From Octopus sinensis (Eukaryota), in NCBI RefSeq assembly GCF_006345805.1, contig NC_043000.1, positions 23,746,001-23,810,000 of the forward strand: a stretch of 64,000 bases of DNA. The letters run 5' to 3'. Below the pieces are notes generated by a model. That model worked only from the letters and a program-made list of their open reading frames with translations, was not told the DNA's origin and did not search any database. Made by a program: the position numbers and the translations under genes. Shown here one piece after another: positions 13,713-64,000 of the stretch (position 1 is the first letter of the stretch; each line of letters opens with the position of its first letter).

Positions 13713-14307
13713 TGCACAATCCCTAGTGTATTCACATGTCTACATTGTCATGAAATTTTTGTACTCCTTTTGGACTACGATCATCCACTAATTACATGTC
13801 GAACTGTCACAGATAATTTCCCACAAAGATGATGCTACACTTGTTGTTATTTCATCATCATCATCATCATCATCATTTGTATTAGGCATACATTATATGG
13901 ACTCCTGAAGGTTTGTTAAATTGTATTTAAAGCTATTTATTTACCGTTGAAAAGCTTTGTTAAAAGTTTAATTAAGGACCTCTACTTCACTGGGTGAAGA
14001 GGGGCTCTGCTCAGTTGTGTCAAAAAGGGCATCGTTTTTATAATCTTTTTATTTGCTTTTATTTATTTTTTTTCTCATTTGGAATGATGGCATTAATAAC
14101 ACCCACCATCAGATTCATTGAGGAGGCAGCAGGAGGTAGCTTCTCAAAACATTACTAACTTTATTAGAAACCATTGGCACAAGAACAATGCGATAACAAT
14201 AGCTGTGAAGACAATGGTAAGGATAATGTTTTTAACAGTGCAAACATCAATGCAAGCGACAAAGACAACAGAAACAAAAGCAACAATAGAAGCAACAACA
14301 ACAACAG

Positions 14308-14490
14308 TGGAGGCACAATGGCCCAGCGGTTAGGGCAGCAAACTTGCAGTCGTAAGAACACGGTTTCAATTCCCAGACCGGGCATTGTGAGTGTTTATTG
14401 AGCAAAAACACCTAAGCTCCACGAGTGGGGTGGTGAACCCCGCTGCACTCTTTCACCACAACTTTTGCTCATTCTTTCTTCCTACTTCTG
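14308..14490 (+). mobile_element. tRNA-derived SINE family 3 head
   Basis: A-box TGGCCCAGCGG, B-box GGTTTCAATTCC, then a gtgtttattgagcaaaaacac core-like domain. Confidence 0.65.
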
Positions 14491-14775
14491 CCACAAAGTA
14501 GAGGACCCATGGTATCACCCACTATGGTCTGGTAAACTTTCAGACCCTAGTCAAGATTGTGAATCTTCTGTACCCCAAGATGGTTCAGGTCTCCAGCTGT
14601 TAAAAGCCACCGTTTATGGAATGAGGATAACAATGTAGCTTTCGCGCCCGTGCAACCACCAGTCTATTGCGTGTGGTGGGTGGATCTTCAAGTTGCCACA
14701 CGCACTCTTAGTAGTTTAGGGTAGGCTCGAATTAGAGATTATTCTTTGTGGCTAATGGCGTGAGTCCTGATTGGA

Positions 14776-14931
14776 AGAAGAAGAAGAACAAGAAGAACAA
14801 GAACAAGAACAAGAAGACAGCAACAACAACAGCAGCAGTAACAACAATTATCATCCTGTGCAAGTAAGGAAAATTGAACATTAAAAACGACGACGACGAT
14901 GATGATGATGATGGTGGTGATGGTGATAGTA

Positions 14932-14968
<37 letters not shown>
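14776..14968. repeat. Compound microsatellite (AAG/AAC/GAT)n
   Basis: Direct reading. Confidence 0.9.
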
Positions 14969-14969
<1 letters not shown>

Positions 14970-15139
14970 TCACCAAATTGGAGCTAATATCTTCAAACCA
15001 GAATAACAAATGAGCAGTAAAAGCCTAATGGTAGAGTTACAATATCATTGTCTATGGAAAATGACGAAGAAATCAAGACAAATTTCCTTGATTACTAATT
15101 ATAAATGACCAAGTGGAAAGCCTTGGTACTCTAATAAAC

Positions 15140-15308
15140 AGTGGAGTAGCTAGAGTGTATGCTGCCTGGAGCAGCAGTCGAGTTTGTCCTGTCCCCCTTC
15201 CCTGGCAATACAGCTTATGTAGGCTTATACAGCAGGTCTGAAAGTGCCACTCCCATAAAAGTGTTGCCTGGGGTAGACCACCCAACCACCATCCATGCTA
15301 TTGCTGAT
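15140..15308. mobile_element. Small MITE-like element; related copy at about 7690-7850
   Basis: Both copies share aggcttatacagca..ctg..a.tgccac..cccataaaag; decayed cagtggagtagc terminus. Confidence 0.45.
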
Positions 15309-16089
15309 AAGCATGTAGTTTTCTGATGGCCAAAAATGTGGCTTACAGAGAGATGGATATTTATCAAATTACAAAGGCTGTTGAATTAGAATGCACATGT
15401 GCGGAATAAGAGTAGAGATAGTGCTAATAGTGATTATAACATGAAGCAGAATAAACAAGCTGAAAAAAATTACCAATTAATACAGGATCTACAAGTTTAT
15501 ATACACTCGTAAAATGCATATATATAGCTCTCTATGAAGAACTCTCTCAATACAATAACACACCTAACCAAACTTATAAATGCAATGGTGAAAATCAACT
15601 CCATGGCAACAGACAAATAAACGATAATTGATTAGTTAGGTAGCATCCTAACTATAAACAGTAATGCTATACACCTTTGATAACATAGATGTGTACCTTG
15701 TACTTTAGTAGACGGAAACCTGTCTGAAATAATAGAAAATGCATAATTATAGGGTATTGGTATTTGTATATGAAGCCAGAAAGATTAATGATACATGTAT
15801 TAAAATAGGAAAAAAAGAATGCGAGAGAGAAAATAGAGAGAACAGAGAAGCAGAAACCAAAATATGCTGTAGAAGAGATTGGGAAGCAGGAAACAGAGCA
15901 GATGAAGAATGGTAGATTTGGCTGAAAGATGGCATATTGAAGAAGGAAATAGAAACATTTATCACGGCTAATTAAAGAACAAACAATAAAATAAAATATT
16001 CTTTTGGTTTTGTTTTAGAGAGATGACAGAGTAGAGGAAAGTGTTAATCCTCTTGTGAATAAATATAGTGCATAGCACTACATATATAT

Positions 16090-16777
16090 CATCATTATTG
16101 TTTAACGTCCATTTTCTTTGCTAGCACGGATTGGATGGTTTGACCGGAGTCTGGGGACCCAAGAGGCTGCACCAGGCTCCAGTCTGATCTGGCAGTGTTT
16201 CTACAGCTGGATGCCCTTCCTAACGCCAACCACTCCATGAGTGTAGTGGGTGCATTTTACGTGCCACTGGCCGGCGGTGGCCACGACCAGTTGGTGCTTT
16301 TTACGTGCCACCGGCACAGAAGTTAGTCAAGGCGGCACTGGCATTGGCCATGTTCAGATGGTGATTTTTATGTGCCGCCGGCACAGATATCACAACTGTA
16401 ATTTCCATTTGATATTTACTTTGATGTTGATGTACTTGACTCAATAGGTTTCCTCAAGCACAGCAGGTCACGTGCCACCGACACAGAAGCCAGTCTAGGC
16501 GGCGCTGGCATCGGCCATGTTCGGATGGTGCTTTTTACGTGCCGCTGGCACAGGTATCACAACTATAATTTCCGTTTGATATTTATTTTGATGTTGATGT
16601 ACTTGACTCAATAGGTCTCAAGCATATCAGGTCGTTCTGCAATCCAAAGTACTTTGGATGGGCAGGGGCTATGCAAAACTGGTGCAGGAAACAGCCATGA
16701 ACTCACATTATTTGTCGGGTCTTTGCAGTCACAGCATATTTCCAGAAATCTCAGTCTTTCGTCATTGCCTCTGTGAG

Positions 16778-16790
<13 letters not shown>
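16090..16790 (-). mobile_element. RTE LINE 3' end with internal ~170-nt duplication; separate + strand tail fragment at 16812-16915
   Basis: ORF2 tail (gcctcacagaggcaatgac), UTR and (GAT)n tail; both pieces adjoin (TA)n. Confidence 0.8.
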
Positions 16791-16814
<24 letters not shown>

Positions 16815-17200
16815 AGCCTGGTGCAGCCTTCTGGCTTCCCAGATCCACGGTCGAACCGTCCAACCCATGCTAGCATGGAGAACGGACGTTAAATGATGAT
16901 GATGATGATGATGATATATATATATATATATATACATATGTGTATACATTACAAATACAATCTATAAGTGGAACAGTAAAAATATGCAAGGCTTTCTCAA
17001 GTTCAAAATGTAACATTTTTTATCTACATTCTAACAATGGCAATTTATATCTTTGTTATAAATCAGCTCCTTCCTCAGGGGAAGAAATTAAAGGATTAAA
17101 AACAGAAGAGAACATATATACATTCATTCATTCATTCATTCATTCATTCATTCATACATACATACATACATAGTTAATTCAAACATGAACAAAGAACATA

Positions 17201-17366
17201 GGCGCAGGAGTGGCTGTGTGGTACGTAGCTTGCTAACCAACCACATAATTGCGGGTTCAGTCCCACTGCTGCATGGCATCTTGGGCAAGTGTCTTCTGCT
17301 ATAGCCCCGGGCTGACCAATGCCTTGTGAGTAGATTTGGTAGATGGAAACTGAAAGAAGCCTGTCG

Positions 17367-17401
<35 letters not shown>

Positions 17402-17623
17402 TTGTATGTCTGTGTTTGTCCCCCTAGCATTGCTCGACAAGCAATGCTGGTGTGTTTACGTCCCCGTCACTTAGCGGTTCGGCAAAAGAGACCGATAGAA
17501 TAAGTACTGGGCTTAGAAAGAATAAGTCCCGGGGTCGATTTGCTCGACTAAAGGCGGTGCTCCAGCATGGCCACAGTCAAATGACTGAAACAAGTAAAAG
17601 AGTAAGAGAGTAAAGAGTAAAGA
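17201..17623 (+). mobile_element. Full-length tRNA-derived SINE family 1
   Basis: A-box TGGCTGTGTGG (17211-17221), B-box GGTTCAGTCCC (17254-17264), cttgggcaagtgtctt core, internal (TA)n(TG)n and a gagtaaa tail. Confidence 0.9.
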
Positions 17624-17624
17624 G

Positions 17625-17830
17625 AAAACACAACAACGCGAGGAGGTGGAACAATTGTAGTGTTATTGGATATTCAGGAAAGGAAAGAAAGAAGGAAGAT
17701 TTAATGTTTCGAGCAAAGCTCTTCATCAGAAACATAGGAAAAGGAAAGGTCCAAGGAAGGGAAGATGGAGAAAAAAATATCGCCAACGATACACACAAGG
17801 TCACACATTGAAATGACCGGAAGGTCATAC
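17625..17830 (-). mobile_element. Penelope-like terminal-repeat fragment carrying a minimal hammerhead core
   Basis: Minus strand reads gtttCTGATGA-A-GAGC-TTT-GCTC-GAAAC-attaaat at 17699-17733. Confidence 0.6.
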
Positions 17831-17855
17831 ATATATACATACATACATACAGTTA

Positions 17856-18095
17856 AAACACAACCATCCAGATATTGTTGTGTGGGACCGCAAAAACAAA
17901 ATATTCTCTAATGTGGAAATCATCTGCCCTCTGGATACCTTGTTGGAAGAATACAGGAGAAAGAGGACATCTAAGGAACATTTATAAGGACTTTGCAAAT
18001 CTAGTACCCAAGATACACTTTCAGTTTCATACTTATTTATTATTGGAGAAACAGGATATATATCAGCACACCTGGTGCAAAGGTATAGCGGAATA
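17856..18095 (+). pseudogene. Restriction-like endonuclease (RLE) domain remnant of an R2/R4/NeSL/HERO-type non-LTR retrotransposon
   Basis: Translation KHNHPDIVVWDRKNKIFSNVEIICPLD...*...FIIGETGY fits the RPDIV..IE..P.D..IIG..G pattern; contains an internal stop. Confidence 0.7.
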
Positions 18096-18135
18096 GGGAG
18101 AGGACACAACTTCCTAATTCATACATTAGAAACTA

Positions 18136-18738
18136 GAAAAACACTTGGAGAGCACAGACCTCGCCAAGCAGCTCATTTCCACCCATATACATGCATGCTA
18201 AAAATCGCCCAATTTCCCAAACCAACGCTGGCAAAAACATAACTTCCTTTGTGGGGGTAAAAAAAAATAACACAGCCATATGATTTAAAAAAAAAAAAAA
18301 CCCTTTAAAAACAAATCCTCCCAATAGTCAAGGCGTGTTGTGTCAACCTCGGCAGACCTCCACCAAGCAGCTCATTTTAAGATAGATATGTGAGTAAAAT
18401 TACTAATAGAGAAATTAAAATATGCTTTAGAAACAGCAACGCCACCATAGGTTACGTGCAAAACGATGAACGTGTTTTCAAGGAGATAATCAAAGAACAT
18501 AACATTGTAGTACTTCATGTAAAGTAAATATAACAAATGAAAAATCCTTCAAGAATCCATAAAAATTTCTGGATCACTACCAAAATTTCATCATCTGTTC
18601 CTTGTGTCATTACTAACTTTTCCTGCAAGTTTCATCAAATACTGTTCTCAACTTTTTGAGTTATTTTGCACACAGACAGACAAACGGACAAACCAACGCC
18701 AATGAAAACATAATCTCCTTCCTTGGTGGAGGTGATGA
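18136..18738 (-). mobile_element. Two Helentron-associated (HINE/DINE-1-like) non-autonomous elements (about 18136-18265 and 18345-18738)
   Basis: Minus strand has a 5' acctccaccaagg..gag hairpin, ttatgttttc, a (gttt/gtct)n microsatellite, a 3' ttggcgaggtctgtgctctcc subterminal inverted repeat and a ctagtt end. Confidence 0.65.
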
Positions 18739-19164
18739 TCAAGATATCTGAGACTATAAAAACTAGCAAGACCTTCTTAAAATTTGAAGGGAAATAAACA
18801 AAACAAGATACTTTCCTTCACAACTTTGCTTCCAAGTTGGTGGCCAGTCAAAATTAACTCCAAATTAAAAATGAAAAAAACAGACATGCATACACACACA
18901 TGAATCGAATTTAATGGAAGCCAAACAATTGCAAATCATTACATAATGTTTCTCATTTCCAATATTCAGATGATTACTAAAAAAGGAATATAAAGAGAGT
19001 ATATAATAGTTATAAAGCAGTGGAAAGGCTTCATTGTCATAATAATAACAACAACAACAACAATAATAATAATAATGATGATGAAATTATTTTATACAGT
19101 GCTCAGGTGCACCACAACTTGTCAAAAGTATGTATACCTGGTGCAAATCATCACAATACAGGTG

Positions 19165-19683
19165 CCGTAAATCCTTGAGTATAATCTGCATTTTTTTCCC
19201 AAAATTTAAAGGTCAAACTCCCTAGTGTGTACTATATACAAGGTTAAAAGTGAAAAATATTTTCTAAGCAGTGTCCGAGTCTCTATTTGCTGTCCGGCAA
19301 TGTTTATTCAGATGCATTTTGTGATGTCGGGCGCGAAAATACCTTAAGCTAAGCTTGAAAGCAATGAAGTCATAAAAGAATCATCCATAACTTGCAGTAA
19401 GCAACATTTATTAAAATAAAAGTATTCAGAACACAGAATAACGTGTAACAAAAACAATTTGCAAACATATTTACATTCCCATATAACAGTTAAGAACATC
19501 ACCATTATTGTATTACGCTTGCGCGGAAGTGTTTGTTAGACTAGTTGCTGCTGGCTTAATTATGCATGACTCAAGTTAGAGAAGGGCGTATTATATACAA
19601 GGTTTAGGCTTTTCAGAGGTACAGCCCCCTAAAAATCCCCTGCATATTATACTGAAGGGCGGCCTATACTCGATGATTTACGG
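19165..19683. mobile_element. Tc1/mariner (pogo-like) MITE
   Basis: TIRs ccgtaaatccttgagtata / tatactcgatgatttacgg with TA after the right end; an opposite-orientation copy lies at 60194-60688. Confidence 0.8.
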
Positions 19684-19910
19684 TAACTTTTTTCCAATAT
19701 TCAGATAAATTCCAGTCCTCCATGTCATCTAACTTTTCCTTTCTGCTCCCCAATTCATGCCTCCAGTGTATGACTCCAACACTTCTCTAGACAGTCTTCT
19801 GACACATACCTCCAACTCATGTCTATAACACATGCCTTCATCGCATGAATCCAACACATATCTCCAGCACTTGCCTTTAACACATGCTTCCAAAGCATGC
19901 TTCTATAATA

Positions 19911-20775
<865 letters not shown>

Positions 20776-20779
20776 TGCC

Positions 20780-21150
20780 CAGGGAAGATGTGTTTCCAAT
20801 GTATACCTCTATTACATGTCTCCAATACATACCTCCAGGCAATGACTTGAACTTGTGTATCCAATGCATGTCTGTGACACGTTTCCAACTCATATCTCCA
20901 CCATACACCTCCAACACTTGTCCTTTACACATGCCTATGATACTGCCAACGCATGCTTCAAACATATGCCTCTAGTACACAGCTCAAGCACATATATATC
21001 TAACACTTGCTTCCAATGTGTCTCTGATATGTCTCCAAAGCATGTTTCCAGCACATACTTCCAACACGTACCTCTAACACATTCCACAAACACATACTTC
21101 TAACACATGCCTCCAACACCTTCATACCTAATCTAATGCATACCTCCAGT
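20780..21150. repeat. Degenerate ~14-nt minisatellite (acacatacctccaa-like)
   Basis: Recurrent acacat/ctccaa cores; the same motif family is at 19750-19915. Confidence 0.65.
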
Positions 21151-21596
21151 ACAAGTCAATATATTAAAATAATATTAATCATTGAGCTAATGATTTCTTC
21201 TCCACACCACATAATCCTTATAAATCAGATTTTTACCCCACACTCCATAATGGCACTAACTTGACAGTTATTTTTATGATAATGGATTTTTGTGACTTGG
21301 ATTATTTTTCTCAGTATCACAGCATGGTCGCAGTCCTATGACTCAAACAAGTAAAAGATTATGATAAGTTTTGGTATCTATTTGTGTACATTATTGTAGC
21401 TAATCTGACTATTACAAGATGTTTATGTTTCACTGAGAAGGTCTAATAAAGCCAGAACATGTCCAAAGTTGTCACTCTTACTTGCCAAGGTCAAATTAAA
21501 ATATTACTTATTAAGCCATTTTCTTCTTCCTGAATAAGCATTGTTATTAGTGTTGCTGCTACTGCTGCTACTACTACCACCACCACCACCACCACC

Positions 21597-21662
<66 letters not shown>

Positions 21663-22718
21663 TTGTTCCTTGTATTAAATATGGTAGTGCAAATTCAATA
21701 TGTATTTGTTAAGTAAGTATTAACATACTTAATGTATGTAGCATCAGAAGGATCACTAGAAAACCTGTGGCGATCGATTTATATTATATATTATCGGCTT
21801 GCATGGGAGACAACTCCAAGCACGTTTTGGTATTATTAGACTACATCAACGATGCATACATATAACCTTACTTATAGAAATAGAGATGTCAGAATCACTA
21901 ACTACGATGTACAAGTATATATTCTTGTAGGCGTAGAACAGAGAACGAATTACTCTCAGAGACAAATCAGCATGAAAAAAAGAAGGAAAATTGTTAATAG
22001 TAACTTAGCTATTGTTTTTCATTTCTCTTTTTCTATATTTTATTTATTTATTTATTTTCTACACAAATGACATTTAAGAGAAATTTAGTGAACATCTCAA
22101 CATATATTAGACGGGTATGTGACGTTAGATTATATTATTAAGCCCCGGGCCTGTCCGTCATTGTTTTCTAAATAGTATAATCAGAACTGTAATATTATCC
22201 ATTATGCTCTTCCATTTATTAAATACGACACGATGTGAGATGCAGTGGAGATTTGATTGCTATTTCTCGCGGGTTGAGTGACTGCATATGGTCTCCCTCA
22301 TTAGTTCGTTGAATATATTGTTACGAATGATGATGATGATATTGTTGGAAACGATGATGATGTCGGTGATGATGATGATGGCAATCAGCTTAATGATGAT
22401 AATGATAACAGAGGCGATGACGATGGTGACATAACCTCTTCCCACAAAGCAAAATTATTAATTCAATGATTATAAAAGTTCCTGCAGAGACCACCACAGC
22501 TGATATACGTGAAATCACATATTTTTACCGTTGTTGCAAAAATTTCTTGATAAATAAATATATATATATAAAATTATAGATGTATTATGAATTTTTGCTC
22601 AAGTTAGTATTAATTAACAGGAATTAGTATAATTATCAGCAAACAGTATGATTAAGCAGTTTAAGCCGTATAATTATCTATAAACTTCTAATACTGTTGA
22701 TAACTAGAGTTGAGAAAG

Positions 22719-22753
22719 GATAGACAGATAGACAGGCAGACAGACAGACAGAC

Positions 22754-22826
<73 letters not shown>

Positions 22827-23001
22827 TAGATAGATAGATATAGATAGATAGATAAATAGATAGATAGATAGATAGAGATAGATAGATATAGATATATAGA
22901 TAGATAGATATAGATAGATAGATAAATAGATAGATAGAGATAGATAGATAGATAGAAAGATAGATAGATAGATAGAAAGATAGATAGATAGATAGACAGA
23001 C

Positions 23002-23054
<53 letters not shown>

Positions 23055-23098
23055 TAGATAGGTAGATAGATAGATATAAATAGATAGATAGGTAGGTG
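22719..23098. repeat. (GATA)n microsatellite, ~380 nt
   Basis: Direct reading. Confidence 0.97.
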
Positions 23099-23280
23099 GA
23101 TAAACCTTCCAATCTACTGAGGAATCGGACACACGCATACACACAAACATGCGCGCGCGCACCCACACACCCACACAAAGTGATTTGGGAGATTAGTTAA
23201 ACGTTAAGCTCATTGTTGTAAACATTACAAATAACAAATAAAGTCAAAAGAAAAGTAGAATGGAGAATGTGTCAATTTCT

Positions 23281-23500
23281 GTGTGTATATACATACATAC
23301 ACACATACATACATACACACATACATACACACATACATACATACATACACACACACATACACACACACACATACATACATACATACATACATACATACAT
23401 GATTGTGTATGCGTGTGTGTATGTGTGTATGTATGTATGTATGTATTTATGTATGTATGTATGTACACACGTGAGCACACATGTATACACACACACATAG
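23281..23500. repeat. (TACA/CA)n and (TATG)n microsatellite
   Basis: Direct reading. Confidence 0.92.
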
Positions 23501-23629
23501 AAAGCTTTGCTTTCAAATTCAATGCACTATCTGGATGCATATTTTGCTCGATAATAAATTCTAATAAAAATTGTTGAAACAAATTATCTGAGAAATAAAA
23601 AGAAAATTAATTTCTCTCAGTGCGGGGGA

Positions 23630-23910
23630 GAGGAGAGAGAGAGAGAGAGTGAAAGAGAGGAAAAAAGATGAAGAAGAAAGAGAGAAGAATGGAGTGAGAG
23701 AAGAGAAAGAGAAGGGAAACAGAGATAGAAGAGAGATCGAGAAGAAGAGGGACATATATATATATATATAATATATATACACACATATATATATATTAGA
23801 GAGAGAGAGAAAGAAAAGAGATGAAGAAGAAAGAGAGAAGAGTGGAGTGAGAGAAGAGAGAGAGAAAAAGAGAAGAGAGACAGAGAAAAAAGAGAGATCG
23901 AGGAGAAAAG

Positions 23911-23957
<47 letters not shown>

Positions 23958-24030
23958 TATTAGAGAGAGAGAGAGAGAGAGATTGGGGGAGAGATTGAGA
24001 GAGAGAAGGGAAAGATAGGTAGAGAAGAGA
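23630..24030. repeat. GA-rich tandem duplication (~170-nt unit x2) with (TA)n
   Basis: gatgaagaagaaagagagaag..tggagtgagagaagag...gagagatcgag...agggacatatata occurs twice. Confidence 0.85.
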
Positions 24031-24319
24031 GCAGCGAACGATATACGATTCTTTGCTAACATCACCTTGTATGTCGTGTATGATTACGTATGTTGCTAGA
24101 AATACCGTCATTAGAGCAGCAGCAGCGGCAGCCGCCGCTTCAATATCAACAACAACAACCATCCGGCTGCTTTCTTTGCACGAGAGGTTACGTCCTTGAG
24201 AATCGTAGTTGAAGGACGCACTGGCTGTCAGGGACAACTCTCCTTTAATTTAGTTTTTTTCGACAGCTTCGTTTAAAACTCCTTCTCTCACTCACTCCAA
24301 ATCGCCAACTTTTACAACC
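24030..24319 (+). promoter_or_regulatory. Probable core promoter / 5' UTR of glycogen phosphorylase
   Basis: CpG-retaining unique sequence directly upstream of the ATG, with bZIP-like TTACGT words (about 24085 and 24189) and a short (CAG)n/GCC run. No clear TATA box; the TSS cannot be determined from sequence. Confidence 0.5.
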
Positions 24320-61793
<37,474 letters not shown>

Positions 61794-61999
61794 GTAAGTG
61801 ATTTTTCTCTTTAATTTGTATCATCATCATCATCAACATCATTTAATGTCTGCTGGTATGGGTGACACAGTTCAACAGGATTTCACAAGTCCTGGAAATG
61901 CATTTAGTTCCTGTGTCTGCTTTGGGTGAAATTTTTACATTTTCACACTATGTATGGGTGGGTGGAAATAGCTGGAGAGACAGTGACTAGATAGTGGGA

Positions 62000-62345
62000 T
62001 CATCATCGTTTAACGTCTGCTTTCCATGCTAGCATGGGTTGGATGGTTCGACTGGGGTCTGGGAAGCCAGGAGGCTGCACCCAGGCGCAGTCTGATCTGG
62101 CAGTGTTTCTACAGCTGGATGCCCTTCCTAATGCCAACCACTCCATGAGTGTATTGGGTACTTTTTACATGCCACCGGCACAGGTGCCAGGCGAGGCTGG
62201 CAACAGCCACAATCAGTTGGTGCTTTTTACGTGCCACTGGCACGGAAGCCAGTCGAGGTGGCACTGGCAGTGCCATGTTCAGATGGTTCTTTTATGTGCC
62301 ACCAGCACTGGTATCACAACTACAATTTCCATTGATTTTTGAATG
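62000..62345 (-). mobile_element. RTE 3' UTR/tail; an opposite-strand copy lies at about 63000-63200
   Basis: catcatcgtttaacgtctgctttccatgctagc... with tttttacgtgccac repeats. Confidence 0.82.
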
Positions 62346-64000
62346 ATTTTGATTGCTTCAACAGGTCTTCGAAGGTAGAAAAAGGCGGGTGGGTATGTGT
62401 GCAAGAGTATAAGAGGAGAGATGGGTAGAGGTGAATATAAAGAATAGTGAACAAGAGTAGAGGTATGGTTGATGGTAAATAGGAGTTTGGGGGGAAAACG
62501 TGATACAAAATAGAAATGGCTTAGGAGGGAGGAGAAGATAAGCAGCAGTATAGGATGGATAGAGAGCAGCTGAATAATAAAACTAGTTGATGAGAAATAG
62601 GGAGGTGATGGGGTGGGGTGCTTAGTAGGTAAGGGAGGAGTGGGGGAGAGGGGTATAGTCAGGAATAGAGACCGGAGGTATGTAAGTGTGTAAGGGAGGC
62701 GGGACAGAGTGTTAAGAATGAGATATGGCAGTCATAAGATGTGGCTTCAGGAGAAGAGAGATATAACTGGTGGCACAGAAGGGGTGTCATATCTTTGTGT
62801 AATTTTGCTTTATAGTAAGTCTCTGCGACAATCCAAAAAAGAAAAAGACAGAACAAACATATTTGCCAAGTGTGACCCAAACCAACCAAAAAGAAAGCAG
62901 ATATAAATAGGGGTAAAAAGTTAAAGTAAATTTTGTACTCTTAATTAATTTTTAAGATAATTTTTACATGTCATGCTTGAGAAAAAGATCCATGATGCTG
63001 AACAAAATCACAGTCATGGCAGATACTGGTGTCACCCATAACACTCTCAGAGTGGCTGGTGTTAGGAAGGGTATCCAGCCATAGAAAACCATGCCAAATC
63101 AAACTGGAGTCTGGTGCAACCTTCCAGCTTACCAGCCCTAGTCAAACTGTCCAACCCATGCCAGTATATACAACAGACATTAAATGATGATGATGATTTA
63201 AATATTTTTGTTATGGAAACATATTAAGCTACGAGTATACATATAAAAATTAAGTACAGGTGTATTCATAAAACTAAGCTAATACATTTACTTGAATTCT
63301 TGCTAATCCAGTGGCAAATATCTAATATATAGTTCAAAGTGAGTTTTTATAGTAAAGGGAGAGTTAATAATAAAAAATAATAAACCACTGAGATTAAATT
63401 ATTAGAGTAGTACAATGGCTTTGAGGTTAACGTAGTGGATTACAAATCATATATTGATATCAGTTCCAACATTGCAGCTATTATCTTGTTCATTTGGGCT
63501 TTACAGATGAGTTTTCTTCCATCAATCTACCTACCCAACACACTAGTACTATTTAACAGTTGAATGCATTTAGTTATAAAATTACTTGTTACTTGTTCCA
63601 ACCAACAATATAGACAAGTCTGAATTTTTGAAACTTTTTCCACCCAAGTTAGGTAAAAGTAATGCAAACAGTAAAAAGTTCTTTAGTATACATTTAATAC
63701 CATATTGGTTGTAGATGCTGACCAAAGAATGACCTTTTCATATCTCATCTCTAGCAGAGAACTGCATGCTTGTAAAAACACTTGACTGTCTCTAACTCTG
63801 TACATATGGATGTAAATAGTTCATTAATTGGGAGACATAGGTCAGCTCTAGGTAGTATAGGTAATCAGTGTTTCGATAGCTTGTTAAAATGGGATGTTGG
63901 GAGGGAGAAGGATAGATAACACACACCAACAGAATGACACCCAGATAAATTCCTTGTACAAAGATTCAAATATATTTTTAAAGAGTCTTTTCAGTAATTT

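Noticed and set aside
17201-17275. tRNA-like A/B boxes (also at 14308, 44216 and family 2 heads)
   Set aside because: No complete cloverleaf; each is followed by a SINE body and tail.
62600-62660. G-tract cluster as a possible G-quadruplex
   Set aside because: Loops are irregular and it sits in a generally purine-rich low-complexity tract; there is no independent support.
61794-64000. Search for the next phosphorylase exon (ADY/F..Y..CQ)
   Set aside because: Not found; the tttacag at about 63506 gives an immediate stop in the required phase, so the exon lies beyond the window.

Overview
AT-rich animal genomic DNA dense in microsatellites, tRNA-derived SINEs and LINE remnants. The repeat landscape looks like a coleoid cephalopod (Octopus-like), which is my inference and is not proven by the sequence. 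The one clear host gene is a + strand glycogen phosphorylase starting at ATG 24320. Fifteen GT-AG exons (2312 nt, 770 codons plus 2 nt) can be traced to 61793, and the last exons lie beyond the window. The AMP-site, catalytic and PLP-lysine motifs are intact, but the regulatory Ser14 is Thr and the purine-inhibitor-site Phe285 is Val. Three introns of the vertebrate gene are absent. The rest is mobile-element debris: RTE, CR1, Tx1/L1-like, RLE-type and possibly Jockey/I LINEs, a Gypsy-like solo LTR, Helitron/Helentron non-autonomous elements, mariner, piggyBac and hAT-like MITEs, and at least four SINE families. The most interesting non-coding signals are: Penelope-type minimal hammerhead-ribozyme cores; a SINE that forms dimers at a fixed junction; several long intronic inverted repeats that could be ADAR substrates; a pre-miRNA-like hairpin in intron 1; a complex multi-switch inversion; and a roughly 13 kb CpG-retaining domain around the promoter. 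I found no convincing novel multi-gene system. Repeat boundaries are approximate unless a TSD or TIR is cited, and identities are by-eye estimates.
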